The position numbers and the translations under genes were made by a program. Shown here piece after piece: positions 1 through 7,821 of a stretch of 16,970 bases of DNA (positions are counted from its first letter, which is position 1; every line of letters starts with the position of its first letter). The stretch is from Chthoniobacteraceae bacterium (lineage in GTDB: Bacteria > Verrucomicrobiota > Verrucomicrobiia > Chthoniobacterales > Chthoniobacteraceae). Under the pieces are notes generated by a model that made no database searches, was not told the origin of the DNA, and saw only the letters and a program-made list of their open reading frames with translations. The DNA lies in the NCBI GenBank assembly GCA_031409655.1, contig JANNXQ010000138.1:1-16970 (forward strand), given 5' to 3'.

Positions 1-744
1 GCGAAAGAGGCAGTCCACCACATTCCGCACATACTGCTCGTCCGGCACCGCCTCGACCGCCTCAGCCGGAAACGTGACCAGCGCTTTGAAATGCTCCGCG
101 AGTCCGGCGAAGAGCCGGATGCGGGCGGCCGGTTCGAGTTCATCCCGGCGCACGAGGGATTGCAGCGCGAGGCGGGCTTCATCCGGCGAGACGCGCTGCC
201 GCAGCCGCGCTTCGAGATGCGGGTGCTGGCGCAGGGAGTTGAATTTTCCCGCCAGCAACTGATCGAGGTCCGGCTCCGTGATCTTCGGCACGTGGACGAC
301 GATGGTATTCGCCGCGAGATCGCCGAGCCGCTGCGCGCGCTGACTGAGCAGACAAGCCACGCCGCCGACGAGGTAACAGCCCGGCAACAGATCGACGAAG
401 CGCAGCAGATTGCGCATCAGCACCTGATGAAATTGCAGCCGCAACCCGCCCGCATCCAGCACCCGCAGCCGCAGCAGCCGCTTGCCAACAGTCTGCCCGC
501 GCCAGGCCCATTCCGTCGCGACCCCGTAGCCGATAGAGACCACGAAGTAGCTCAGCGTCATCAGCGCGGTCCCGAGATCAGGGCTCAACATTCCACCCAG
601 CAGCCCGATGACACTCAACCCCTGCGACACCGCCATGATGACAAAGAAATCCACGCTCCACGCCAGGCAGCGCGCGATCGGCCCCGCCAGTTGATAGGCG
701 AAAACGATGCCCTCCGGCGTGCGGATCTTCAGCTCGGAATTCAC
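1..744 (-). CDS. RDD family membrane protein (3' end runs off the window)
   Basis: Absent from the ORF track. Manual translation from GTG at 744 (GTGA overlap with the stop of the upstream gene) gives MNSELKIRTPEGIVFAYQLAGPIARCLAWSVDFF...GQTVGKRLLRLRV...RNLLRFVD...QRLGDLAANTIVV, which are typical RDD motifs. Confidence 0.9.
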   Translation of the reverse strand, partial: MNSELKIRTPEGIVFAYQLAGPIARCLAWSVDFFVIMAVSQGLSVIGLLGGMLSPDLGTALMTLSYFVVSIGYGVATEWAWRGQTVGKRLLRLRVLDAGGLRLQFHQVLMRNLLRFVDLLPGCYLVGGVACLLSQRAQRLGDLAANTIVVHVPKITEPDLDQLLAGKFNSLRQHPHLEARLRQRVSPDEARLALQSLVRRDELEPAARIRLFAGLAEHFKALVTFPAEAVEAVPDEQYVRNVVDCLFR

Positions 745-1739
745 GCCCGCTCCTTTCCGCGCGTGCCGAGAAACCAGCCCAGCGCGACCAGCTCCGTGAC
801 GCCAAAGGCGATCTTCAACCAGTAGGGAATCACCGGCTCGTGATACTGCGAAAGGAACGACTCCACGAAGCCCGCCCAGACCAGCAGCACCGCGACCCCG
901 CCGATGATCGTCATCACATCGCTCCCCACCGCGCGCAGGCGGCGCCCGAGTGGCGCCCGATCGCCGCGACCGATGAGCGCGTGGCCGAGCACCAGCCCGC
1001 CCTGGCCGGCGAGCAGGATCGCGGGAATCTCGATCGAGCCGTGCGGCAGCAGCCAGCCGAGGAGGAAGACAAGTTGCCCGGCGAGGATGTAGTCGAGCCC
1101 GACGAGTCCGAGGATGATGCCATTGTAGAAAAGGATGACGATCGTCCCGAGGCCGTAAGTCATCCCGAGCGCGAGCGCCTTGATCGAGACCCCGATGTTA
1201 TTCGCCATGAGCTGACTGGCGAAGGTCGAGCGCTGGCCCTCCAGCCGATCCTTCTTTCCCTCCTCCTCCATCCGCACGCGTTTCGCCGGGTCGCCCAGGT
1301 GCGACGAAAACATCTGCGGGAGGATCGCCTCCTTGGCCTCGCCATCGAGCCCCACCGCAAATCCGCCAAAGAGCACCCCGACCACCGTGATCAGGACGGA
1401 AATCAGGAAGGCGCCAAAGTGGCGGCGAAAGGCGCGGGGAAATTCTGTGGTGAACCAAGGCACCGGACGAAACCGCGTGGACTGCGCGCGGGTCTCGTGG
1501 ATCTCGCCGTAAGCGCGCGCCGTCAGCGATTCCAGATACCGCCGCAGTTCAGGCTCGGAGGCGAAAGTGGAGATGCGGGCGAGGTCGGAGGAGACCTTCT
1601 GGTAGAGCAGATGAAAGCGTTTCGCTTCCTCGAGCGACGGCTCGCGATCCGGCGTGAGTTCGAGCCGATCGAGCATCTGCTCCAGCTCCGTCCAGGCCGG
1701 GCGCTCGGCGGCGATGAAGCGGGTGAGGTCGAGAATCAT
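741..1739 (-). CDS. Stage II sporulation protein M-like (DUF95) membrane protein
   Basis: 332 aa with an N-terminal 'F...W.ELE.LL...LYQKVSSDLA' region, NNIGVS, NGIILG and LLPHGSIEIPAI motifs and several TM helices. It lies in the usual MoxR/DUF58/RDD context. Confidence 0.9.
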   Translation of the reverse strand: MILDLTRFIAAERPAWTELEQMLDRLELTPDREPSLEEAKRFHLLYQKVSSDLARISTFASEPELRRYLESLTARAYGEIHETRAQSTRFRPVPWFTTEFPRAFRRHFGAFLISVLITVVGVLFGGFAVGLDGEAKEAILPQMFSSHLGDPAKRVRMEEEGKKDRLEGQRSTFASQLMANNIGVSIKALALGMTYGLGTIVILFYNGIILGLVGLDYILAGQLVFLLGWLLPHGSIEIPAILLAGQGGLVLGHALIGRGDRAPLGRRLRAVGSDVMTIIGGVAVLLVWAGFVESFLSQYHEPVIPYWLKIAFGVTELVALGWFLGTRGKERA

Positions 1740-1741
1740 GG

Positions 1742-1831
1742 GATTTCAGATTTCAGATCGAGGAGTTCGGATTGAAGCTACGGATCGAAGCCGCCCCAAA
1801 ATCTGCGATCTGAAATCGGCGATCTGAAATC
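1742..1831. repeat. Inverted heptamer repeat array (GATTTCA-type units, then ATCTGAA-type units)
   Basis: GATTTCA GATTTCA GATCGAG GAGTTCG GATTGAA on the left; ATCTGCG ATCTGAA ATCGGCG ATCTGAA ATC on the right. The outermost 10 bp are perfectly inverted. Confidence 0.8.
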
Positions 1832-3182
1832 ATACAAGCTGCCTCGCTTTCACCTCGGCATGTTGCGCCACGATCTGCGCGGAGAGACGTACCGGATCGA
1901 GGAGGGAAAAACGCACGCCGCGGCGCTCCAGCTTCTTGCTGAGTTCCCGCAAATCCCGCCACCGCAGATGGCCCCCGAGCCGACGGTAGATTTCGTCGAG
2001 ATCGCCGATCGGCGCCGCACCACTGAAGAGCGCCTCGGCCCCGGCAGGCTGCACCATATTGACGAGGAGCAGATGCTGGCGGCTGATCAGTTCCGTGGCC
2101 TTGGCGAAACTTTCCGCCAGCATCGGATCATCCAGCGCGGTCAGGAAGATGAGCAGCGCGCGTTTCCGCAGACGCAGGCGGATGAAAGAGCACAGCTCCT
2201 CAAAGTCCGGCGACACGCCTTGCGGCTGCAGGGTGTAGAGCCGGTCGCGACAGGCGTCGTAGTGCGCCTGGCCGGACTTTGCCCGGACAAAGCTGAGCAC
2301 GCGGTCGCTGTAGGTCACGAGGCCGAATTGATCGCCCTGCTGCTCCGCCGCGAGCCCGAGAATGAGCGCAGCCGTCACGTAGCGCTCGAGCACCGTGGTC
2401 GTCGGCGTGGCCTGGCCGGTCTTCCCCTCCATCGGCACCTCGCGCGCGCTGAGACGGGAGGCATCGACGATCACATAGACCTCCTGCGTCCGCTCGATCT
2501 GGAAGACTTTCGTCACCGGATGCCCGCGCTTGGCCGATACTTTCCAATGCACGTCCGTGAGGCAGTCGCCGGGCAGATACTCGCGCAGCTTTTCAAACTC
2601 CCGCCCCTGCCCCGCGCGCCGCTGGGTCTGCGCGCCGAGCTCCGACCGCCGCAGGAAAACTGCCGCCACATTCTTCCGTTCGTCGAAAAGATTTGGATAC
2701 ACGCGCAGCTCGGAACGCACCGCCTGATTCGCGCGCACCGACCAAAATCCCAACGTGGAAGGCGCCTCGAGATAGGCGCGCTCCAGGAGGTATTGGCCAC
2801 GCATCGTCGGCGCGAGATCCCACTCGATCCGGGAAAGCTCCGCACCCGCCGGGAGCAAGGTCGTGCGATCATCCGCCGCCGCGATCTCCTGCGGAAAAGC
2901 GAACCCGAGGCGCAGCTCACGCGCTGTTTGCGCTTCGTTGTGGAGATGCACCTCGAGCGTGCCGGGACGATCTTTCTGCAGGCGCACCAACTCCGGCAAC
3001 TCGACCCGGATGCCGTCGAGACGCCCCTGCGCAAGCAGGGCATCCGCCAGCACCACCGCCACCAACCCCCCGATGAGCGCTGCGGAGATCGCGAACGCGC
3101 CGGGAACCGTCGCGCCAATCGCCGCGAACGGCAGCACGATCAGCGAGACCCAAAGGATGAGACGCGTGCGGGGAACGATCAT
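1830..3182 (-). CDS. DUF58 domain protein (MoxR-associated, vWA-like C-terminus)
   Basis: 450 aa with two N-terminal TM helices, the GREFEKLREYLPGD...VHWKVSAKRG signature and VIVDASRLS. It is adjacent to MoxR. Confidence 0.92.
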   Translation of the reverse strand: MIVPRTRLILWVSLIVLPFAAIGATVPGAFAISAALIGGLVAVVLADALLAQGRLDGIRVELPELVRLQKDRPGTLEVHLHNEAQTARELRLGFAFPQEIAAADDRTTLLPAGAELSRIEWDLAPTMRGQYLLERAYLEAPSTLGFWSVRANQAVRSELRVYPNLFDERKNVAAVFLRRSELGAQTQRRAGQGREFEKLREYLPGDCLTDVHWKVSAKRGHPVTKVFQIERTQEVYVIVDASRLSAREVPMEGKTGQATPTTTVLERYVTAALILGLAAEQQGDQFGLVTYSDRVLSFVRAKSGQAHYDACRDRLYTLQPQGVSPDFEELCSFIRLRLRKRALLIFLTALDDPMLAESFAKATELISRQHLLLVNMVQPAGAEALFSGAAPIGDLDEIYRRLGGHLRWRDLRELSKKLERRGVRFSLLDPVRLSAQIVAQHAEVKARQLV

Positions 3183-3210
3183 CGGGCGGATGAGAAGCGT
3201 GAGGGGCGAG

Positions 3211-3386
3211 TCCGGGGAGCGTGGGCGTCTCGCCCGCTGGTCGCGGCGTCCCGCCGCGACGAACTTTTAAAAAACAAGGGGCCGCAGCCGGAGATCCGTG
3301 CGTCCGTTTTTCCAAACGAGCGGCACCGGAAAGTCCGCAGCGGCGAGACGCCGCTGCCAGCGGGCGGGACGCCCACGCTCCCCGGA
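3211..3386. mobile_element. REP doublet / REPIN-like non-autonomous palindromic element
   Basis: 57-bp inverted repeats at 3211-3267 and 3330-3386 (50/57 identical). Each arm is GGGGAGC followed by two GC-rich hairpins, the same layout as the repeats flanking the RAYT in alaS. Confidence 0.8.
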
Positions 3387-3420
3387 GTTCCGGCCCGCGA
3401 TCTGTTCGCCGCCCGTAGGT

Positions 3421-4386
3421 TCATCGCGGCACGGCCACTTGTTCGAGAAGCTTTCCGATTACTTCATTCACGGTCACTCCTTCGATCTCGTACTCAGGCC
3501 GCAGCACGAGACGATGGCCAAGCACCGGCTCGACCATCGCCTTTACGTCATCGGGCGTGACGAAGTCGCGGCCGGCCAGCGCGGCTTGCGCGCGGGCGGC
3601 GAGGAGCAGGGACTGGGTGGCCCGCGGGCCGGCGCCGACGAGCACGGTGTCGCTCTCACGCGAGGCGCGCACGACATCGACCACATAGGCGACGAGTTCC
3701 TCGCGCACGGTGATGGCTTCGAGTTCCCGGCGGAAGGTCGCGAGGTCGTCCGCGGAGATCACGGGCTGGACGACTCCGGCGGCGAGCGCGGCTTCGGGGG
3801 AGTTGGTGCCGAGCATCCTTTGCGCGAGTTCGAGTTCGCCGGCGCGATCGGGCGCAGCCATGGAGATCTTTAACATGAAGCGATCCTTCTGCGCCTCGGG
3901 CAGCGGATAAGTGCCCTCGTATTCCACCGGGTTCTGCGTGGCGAAGACGGTGAAGCCGTCCGGCAGCGTGTGGGTCTCGCGGTCGATCGTCACCTTCCTC
4001 TCCTGCATCGCCTGGAGCAGCGCGGACTGGGTCTTGGCCGGGGCGCGATTGATTTCATCCGCGAGCAAAAAGGTCGTGAAGACCGGGCCCTTGATGAGCG
4101 TGAACTCGCTCGTCTTCATATTGAAAACGTTCGTGCCGGTGATGTCCGCGGGCATCAGGTCGGGCGTAAATTGGATGCGGTTGAACTCGCACCCGAGCAC
4201 CCGCGCCAGGGTGCGCACGAGGAGCGTTTTCGCCACGCCGGGCACACCTTCCACGAGCGCGTGGTGGCCGGTGAAGATGGCGATGAGCGCGCGGTCGATG
4301 ACGGTGTCCTGGCCGATGATGACCTTGCGGACTTCGGCGCGGGCGCGGTTGAGAAGATCGTGGATTGGGGTGGGTGTCGGGTTCAT
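3421..4386 (-). CDS. moxR: MoxR family AAA+ ATPase
   Basis: Walker A GVPGVAKT, RIQFTPDLMPADITG, Walker B LLADEINRAPAKTQSALL, ATQNPVEYEGTYPLPEAQKDRF. Start placed at ATG 4386 because the 30-codon extension to TTG 4476 is translated repeat DNA. Confidence 0.95.
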   Translation of the reverse strand: MNPTPTPIHDLLNRARAEVRKVIIGQDTVIDRALIAIFTGHHALVEGVPGVAKTLLVRTLARVLGCEFNRIQFTPDLMPADITGTNVFNMKTSEFTLIKGPVFTTFLLADEINRAPAKTQSALLQAMQERKVTIDRETHTLPDGFTVFATQNPVEYEGTYPLPEAQKDRFMLKISMAAPDRAGELELAQRMLGTNSPEAALAAGVVQPVISADDLATFRRELEAITVREELVAYVVDVVRASRESDTVLVGAGPRATQSLLLAARAQAALAGRDFVTPDDVKAMVEPVLGHRLVLRPEYEIEGVTVNEVIGKLLEQVAVPR

Positions 4387-4401
4387 ACGGGGCAAAGGGG
4401 A

Positions 4402-4494
4402 AACATCGGACATCGAACATTGAACACCGAACACCGAACGGCTCTCAACTCGGAGCGTTCGATGTTGGATGTTCAAAGTTCGATGTTCGATGTT
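4402..4494. repeat. Inverted heptamer repeat array (AACATCG)n ... (CGATGTT)n
   Basis: AACATCG GACATCG AACATTG AACACCG AACACCG AACGGCT (4402-4443), then GAGCGTT CGATGTT GGATGTT CAAAGTT CGATGTT CGATGTT (4453-4494). Confidence 0.9.
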
Positions 4495-4502
4495 CGCTTC
4501 AT

Positions 4503-5771
4503 TCAGGTCTTGCGAGTGACGGTTTTGCTAAGGGTGCGATAAGTCGCAACGGGATTGCGTTCCTTTGGCGGACGGGCCTGTTCGGTGGCCCAGGCTTCTT
4601 CGAGCCGGGGGCGTTCCCGACCCGCCAGTGGCGCGGTCTTCCGCCACTCCTCCACGCAGACGCGCACGATGTCCTTTGGCTTGATGGTGCGGCGCAGCAG
4701 ATTCACGAAGCCCTCGGAGGATTCCTTGCCGCTGACGATGTCGCCGGTATCCACATCTTCGCGGGGCGGGAGGAAGCGCGTGGAATTCTTCCAGACGAAA
4801 AGCGCCGCAATCAAGGCCAGCGCAGCGACGGCGCCGTGCAGTCGATACTTTCGCGCCAGTGTGGCGACGCCCTGCTGCTCGCTGATGCCGAAATGTTCTT
4901 CATCAAAGACGACCGTCGCGGGTCCGCTGAAAACCCGCCCGAGCAACTGCGGAAGCCGCTCGGCGCGCAAGGCTTCATTGCTCAGGAAAAAGGAGTCCGC
5001 CGCGAGGACGATGCTGCCCTTGCCAAACTTTCGCTCCACGACGACGGGCTGGCCGTCACTCGTATAAAGGGTCGTCCACTCGGGCGTCAGATCCTTGAAA
5101 TAGAGGGTGCTGTGCCAGGAGATTTCCGGTTCGAGCGATCCCTTCGGATCGGCAGCCAGCGCCTTGCGGGCGGGGGATTCCTCCGCCGGTGGCACCAGGT
5201 GGCCGAAGTCGAAGCCCCAGCCCTTCGCCACCTTCGCGAATTTGATGAGCCCCTCGTTTTCGTCCTCTTCTTCCTCGGTCTTTTCCTCGTCCTCCTTCTT
5301 TCCTTGGCCGGCCTTTTTTCCCTTCTTCTGCGCTTCCTTTTTTCGGGCTTCCTTCTTTCGTTCGCGCTCATTTTTCTCGGCCCGCTGATCTTCGAGCGCG
5401 GTCGGCGGATGATTGCTGGGGAAGAAGGTGAAGACGGCGCGCGAGCCCCCGCGCACGAGGGTCTCGAAGACTTCCAACTCCTGGCTCTGCCAAAGCGAGC
5501 GCTTCGGAACGCCGGTGTAGACGAGCGTGATCGGGCCTGGCGGCTGGAGCCGCGGGAGTGCGCGGAAATTGCGCTGCACGTCCACGCCGGGGAGCGCGCC
5601 AAGAGCATCGTGGATCGCTTTCGCGCCGAGCGGATCAGCCCGCAGCGAGGAGTAGGGCGGATAGACGCCACCCGCGGAAAAGCGCAGTGCGAAGAGCCGC
5701 ATCACGCCGCCGAAAAACGCGACTCCGAGGAGCGCGGCAGCGACGATGGCCAGGGTGCGACGGCTCAGCAT
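4503..5771 (-). CDS. DUF4350-like membrane-anchored protein
   Basis: 422 aa with an N-terminal TM, YSSLRADPLGAKA, GKGSIVLAADSFFLSNEAL, VVFDEEHFG and a second TM. It lies directly upstream of MoxR and has an internal K/E-rich low-complexity segment. Confidence 0.8.
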   Translation of the reverse strand: MLSRRTLAIVAAALLGVAFFGGVMRLFALRFSAGGVYPPYSSLRADPLGAKAIHDALGALPGVDVQRNFRALPRLQPPGPITLVYTGVPKRSLWQSQELEVFETLVRGGSRAVFTFFPSNHPPTALEDQRAEKNERERKKEARKKEAQKKGKKAGQGKKEDEEKTEEEEDENEGLIKFAKVAKGWGFDFGHLVPPAEESPARKALAADPKGSLEPEISWHSTLYFKDLTPEWTTLYTSDGQPVVVERKFGKGSIVLAADSFFLSNEALRAERLPQLLGRVFSGPATVVFDEEHFGISEQQGVATLARKYRLHGAVAALALIAALFVWKNSTRFLPPREDVDTGDIVSGKESSEGFVNLLRRTIKPKDIVRVCVEEWRKTAPLAGRERPRLEEAWATEQARPPKERNPVATYRTLSKTVTRKT

Positions 5772-6616
5772 GCGCGGATCCTTTCCAGATATTGCGCGAA
5801 AGCCCCGAGGGTCTCGCGCGTGACCTCGTGCTCGCCATACCAGGAGCGCTCAAAAGTGAGCAGGCTGCGATCGAAGGAAGCGATGAGATCCGCATTGCCC
5901 CGCGCGCGGCGGCGCAGCTCGCGGTCGTAGTCGCGGTTCGATTTATGGCGGGCGAGGAGGATCATCTCGCGCTGCCCGAGATGGGCGAGTCCGGCGAGAT
6001 AGGAGGCGCGCAAAGAGAGCCGCAGTTCACCGCGCTCCAGGAGATCGCGCGCCATCTTCAGCCAGCCGTCTTCGGGAAGCTGATCCGCGGTGACATCCTC
6101 GCGAGTGAGATCGGGCAGTGCCGCCATCGCCACCGCGGCGACCGGGCGTGCTCGGGCGCGCCGCCGCGCCCGCACGAGCATGACGACGAGGAGGATCAGG
6201 GCCCCGCCAAGCAGGACGTAGAGGAGATTGGTGACCGCGCCGCGCCAATCCCAAGCGCCCGCAGCGGCGTCCTGCGGCGTGCGACCGCCGGAAAACCAAT
6301 CCACCAACTTCCGCAAACCGCGACCCATCCAATTTCCCAGCTTCCACATCTTCTTCTCGAGCCACGCGCCGAATTCCCGCCGCGTGCTCTGAAACCACGT
6401 CTCGTCCTCAACTGGCACCTCGGCCTCGACGCGCGGGGACCGCCAGGCAAACTCGCGCTGCTCGAGCACGTCGTCGATCGAGCGGCTGAGTTCCGTGGCT
6501 TCGACGCGCGGGGCGGCCGGAGGATTCTCGGCCCGAGCGGTCGGCCAGGTGAAGGTGGCACCGACCCCGAACGCGATCATCGCGCAGCGGCCCCTCATCA
6601 TCTTCATCGTCATCAT
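5765..6616 (-). CDS. DUF4129-like membrane protein
   Basis: Central TM followed by WLKMARDLLERGELRLSLRASYLAGLAHL...HKSNRDYDREL...FERSWYG. The exact start among several Met codons is uncertain. Confidence 0.82.
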   Translation of the reverse strand: MMTMKMMRGRCAMIAFGVGATFTWPTARAENPPAAPRVEATELSRSIDDVLEQREFAWRSPRVEAEVPVEDETWFQSTRREFGAWLEKKMWKLGNWMGRGLRKLVDWFSGGRTPQDAAAGAWDWRGAVTNLLYVLLGGALILLVVMLVRARRRARARPVAAVAMAALPDLTREDVTADQLPEDGWLKMARDLLERGELRLSLRASYLAGLAHLGQREMILLARHKSNRDYDRELRRRARGNADLIASFDRSLLTFERSWYGEHEVTRETLGAFAQYLERIRAC

Positions 6617-6659
6617 CCCCGCGCGCTCCCAGTTTGAGGATGAAGTTGCAGAGGATGAG
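6594..6659. repeat. Degenerate inverted hexamer repeat at a gene junction
   Basis: CTCATC ATCTTC ATCGTC ATCATC (6594-6617) versus GAGGAT GAAGTT GCAGAG GATGAG (6636-6659); 19/24 complementary. Confidence 0.55.
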
Positions 6660-7479
6660 CACCGGCCTCGGAGACCGTACGGAGCGTGCGGAGTTGGACT
6701 TCGAGATCATCGCCGGTCCGCAGGGAACCGCCTTGGAAACAGCGCACGACCACCGCGGCTTTGCGGATCGGATCGACGCACAGATAGAGGGCCGCAAAGG
6801 TCGCGCTGAAAAAGGTCGTATTCAGATACCCATCGAGGTGGCGCGAGAAGGCGGTCTCGATCCCGAGGAACATCTTCAGCAGCATCGGCGCAGCGACGAA
6901 TCCAATCGCGAGATTCACCCAGACGAAGAAGGCGAAAAGGAGGAGCAAGAGCGTGAAGACGTGCGCCTGCCCGGGCCAGAGGCGGGCTTGCGCGATGGCC
7001 TGCCGGGTCACGGCGCGGAGACCTTCGCGGCCATCGCCGAGCGCGGTGACGTTCTGGAAAAAGAGGGCCATCCAGACCGCCGGCAGGGTGACGACGAGCG
7101 CCAGCGGACGCAGGAGGAGACCGAGCGGGTGACAGAGGGACTGCACCCCGGCGAGACGCAGGATACGGCCGAGGCTCCAGCGGGGCGGAGCTTCCAGGAG
7201 GAGGATCGCGCGGAGGTGCGCGGCGAAGGCGGCCTGCCAGCATTTCATCCAGAGGTAGAGGGCGGCGAGCCCGCCCGCAGACGAGACGAGACGCTCGGCG
7301 GCGAAGGCGCTCTGGCTCATATCCGCGACGAAATAGAGCGCGCCGAGCAGGCCCGGCACACTGCCGATGAAGTGCAGGAGGAGCGTGGAGGCGGGCGCAC
7401 TGCGCAGCAGGTGCGCGGCGGACTCGAGCAGATCGGTGGCCGGCACACCGGCGCGGCGGTGGGAGGTCTTCTTACTCAT
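6613..7479 (-). CDS. Multi-pass membrane protein of the MoxR/DUF58 cluster
   Basis: About 6 hydrophobic segments. Start placed at ATG 7479 (MSKKTSH), overlapping the stop of the upstream gene by 8 nt. Confidence 0.8.
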   Translation of the reverse strand: MSKKTSHRRAGVPATDLLESAAHLLRSAPASTLLLHFIGSVPGLLGALYFVADMSQSAFAAERLVSSAGGLAALYLWMKCWQAAFAAHLRAILLLEAPPRWSLGRILRLAGVQSLCHPLGLLLRPLALVVTLPAVWMALFFQNVTALGDGREGLRAVTRQAIAQARLWPGQAHVFTLLLLLFAFFVWVNLAIGFVAAPMLLKMFLGIETAFSRHLDGYLNTTFFSATFAALYLCVDPIRKAAVVVRCFQGGSLRTGDDLEVQLRTLRTVSEAGAHPLQLHPQTGSARG

Positions 7480-7816
7480 CGTCGTCGTTGCCGAGCGCTT
7501 CGATAAAGCGGGTCTTCCAGAGGCTCTCGCCGTGCGTGTCATCGGGCAGGGCGAGGAAGAGGCGCCCGAGGAGGTAGAAGCACAACCACGCACCGACCAG
7601 CCCGGTGCCGAGTTGCGCAAAGGGCCAGAGGTTGATCCGGCGGCGCGCTTTCTTCGCCGGATCGCCGCCGAGTTTTTTCAGGCAGGCCGCGCAGACCACG
7701 CGGTCGTCGTGTTCGGCGATGCATTCGCGGCAGAAAAAGTGGTTACACTCGGGGCACCGCGCCACTGCCTCCCGCACGGGGTGATGGAGGCAGCGGTGGG
7801 CGAGGAGCGTGGCCAT
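7472..7816 (-). CDS. Small B-box-like zinc finger membrane protein
   Basis: CLHHPVREAVARCPECNHFFCRECIAEHDDRVVCAAC followed by one TM helix; fits the operon spacing. Confidence 0.85.
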   Translation of the reverse strand: MATLLAHRCLHHPVREAVARCPECNHFFCRECIAEHDDRVVCAACLKKLGGDPAKKARRRINLWPFAQLGTGLVGAWLCFYLLGRLFLALPDDTHGESLWKTRFIEALGNDDDE

Positions 7817-7821
7817 GGCGG

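Noticed and set aside
4387..4476. 30-aa N-terminal extension of MoxR
   Set aside because: It is translated heptamer repeat from a TTG start, and family-like sequence begins after ATG 4386.
4402..4494. CRISPR array
   Set aside because: The units are 7-bp tandem repeats without spacers, and there are no cas genes.
5255..5390. Pyrimidine-rich tract as a regulatory or repeat element
   Set aside because: It is explained by the Lys/Glu-rich coding segment of the DUF4350-like gene.
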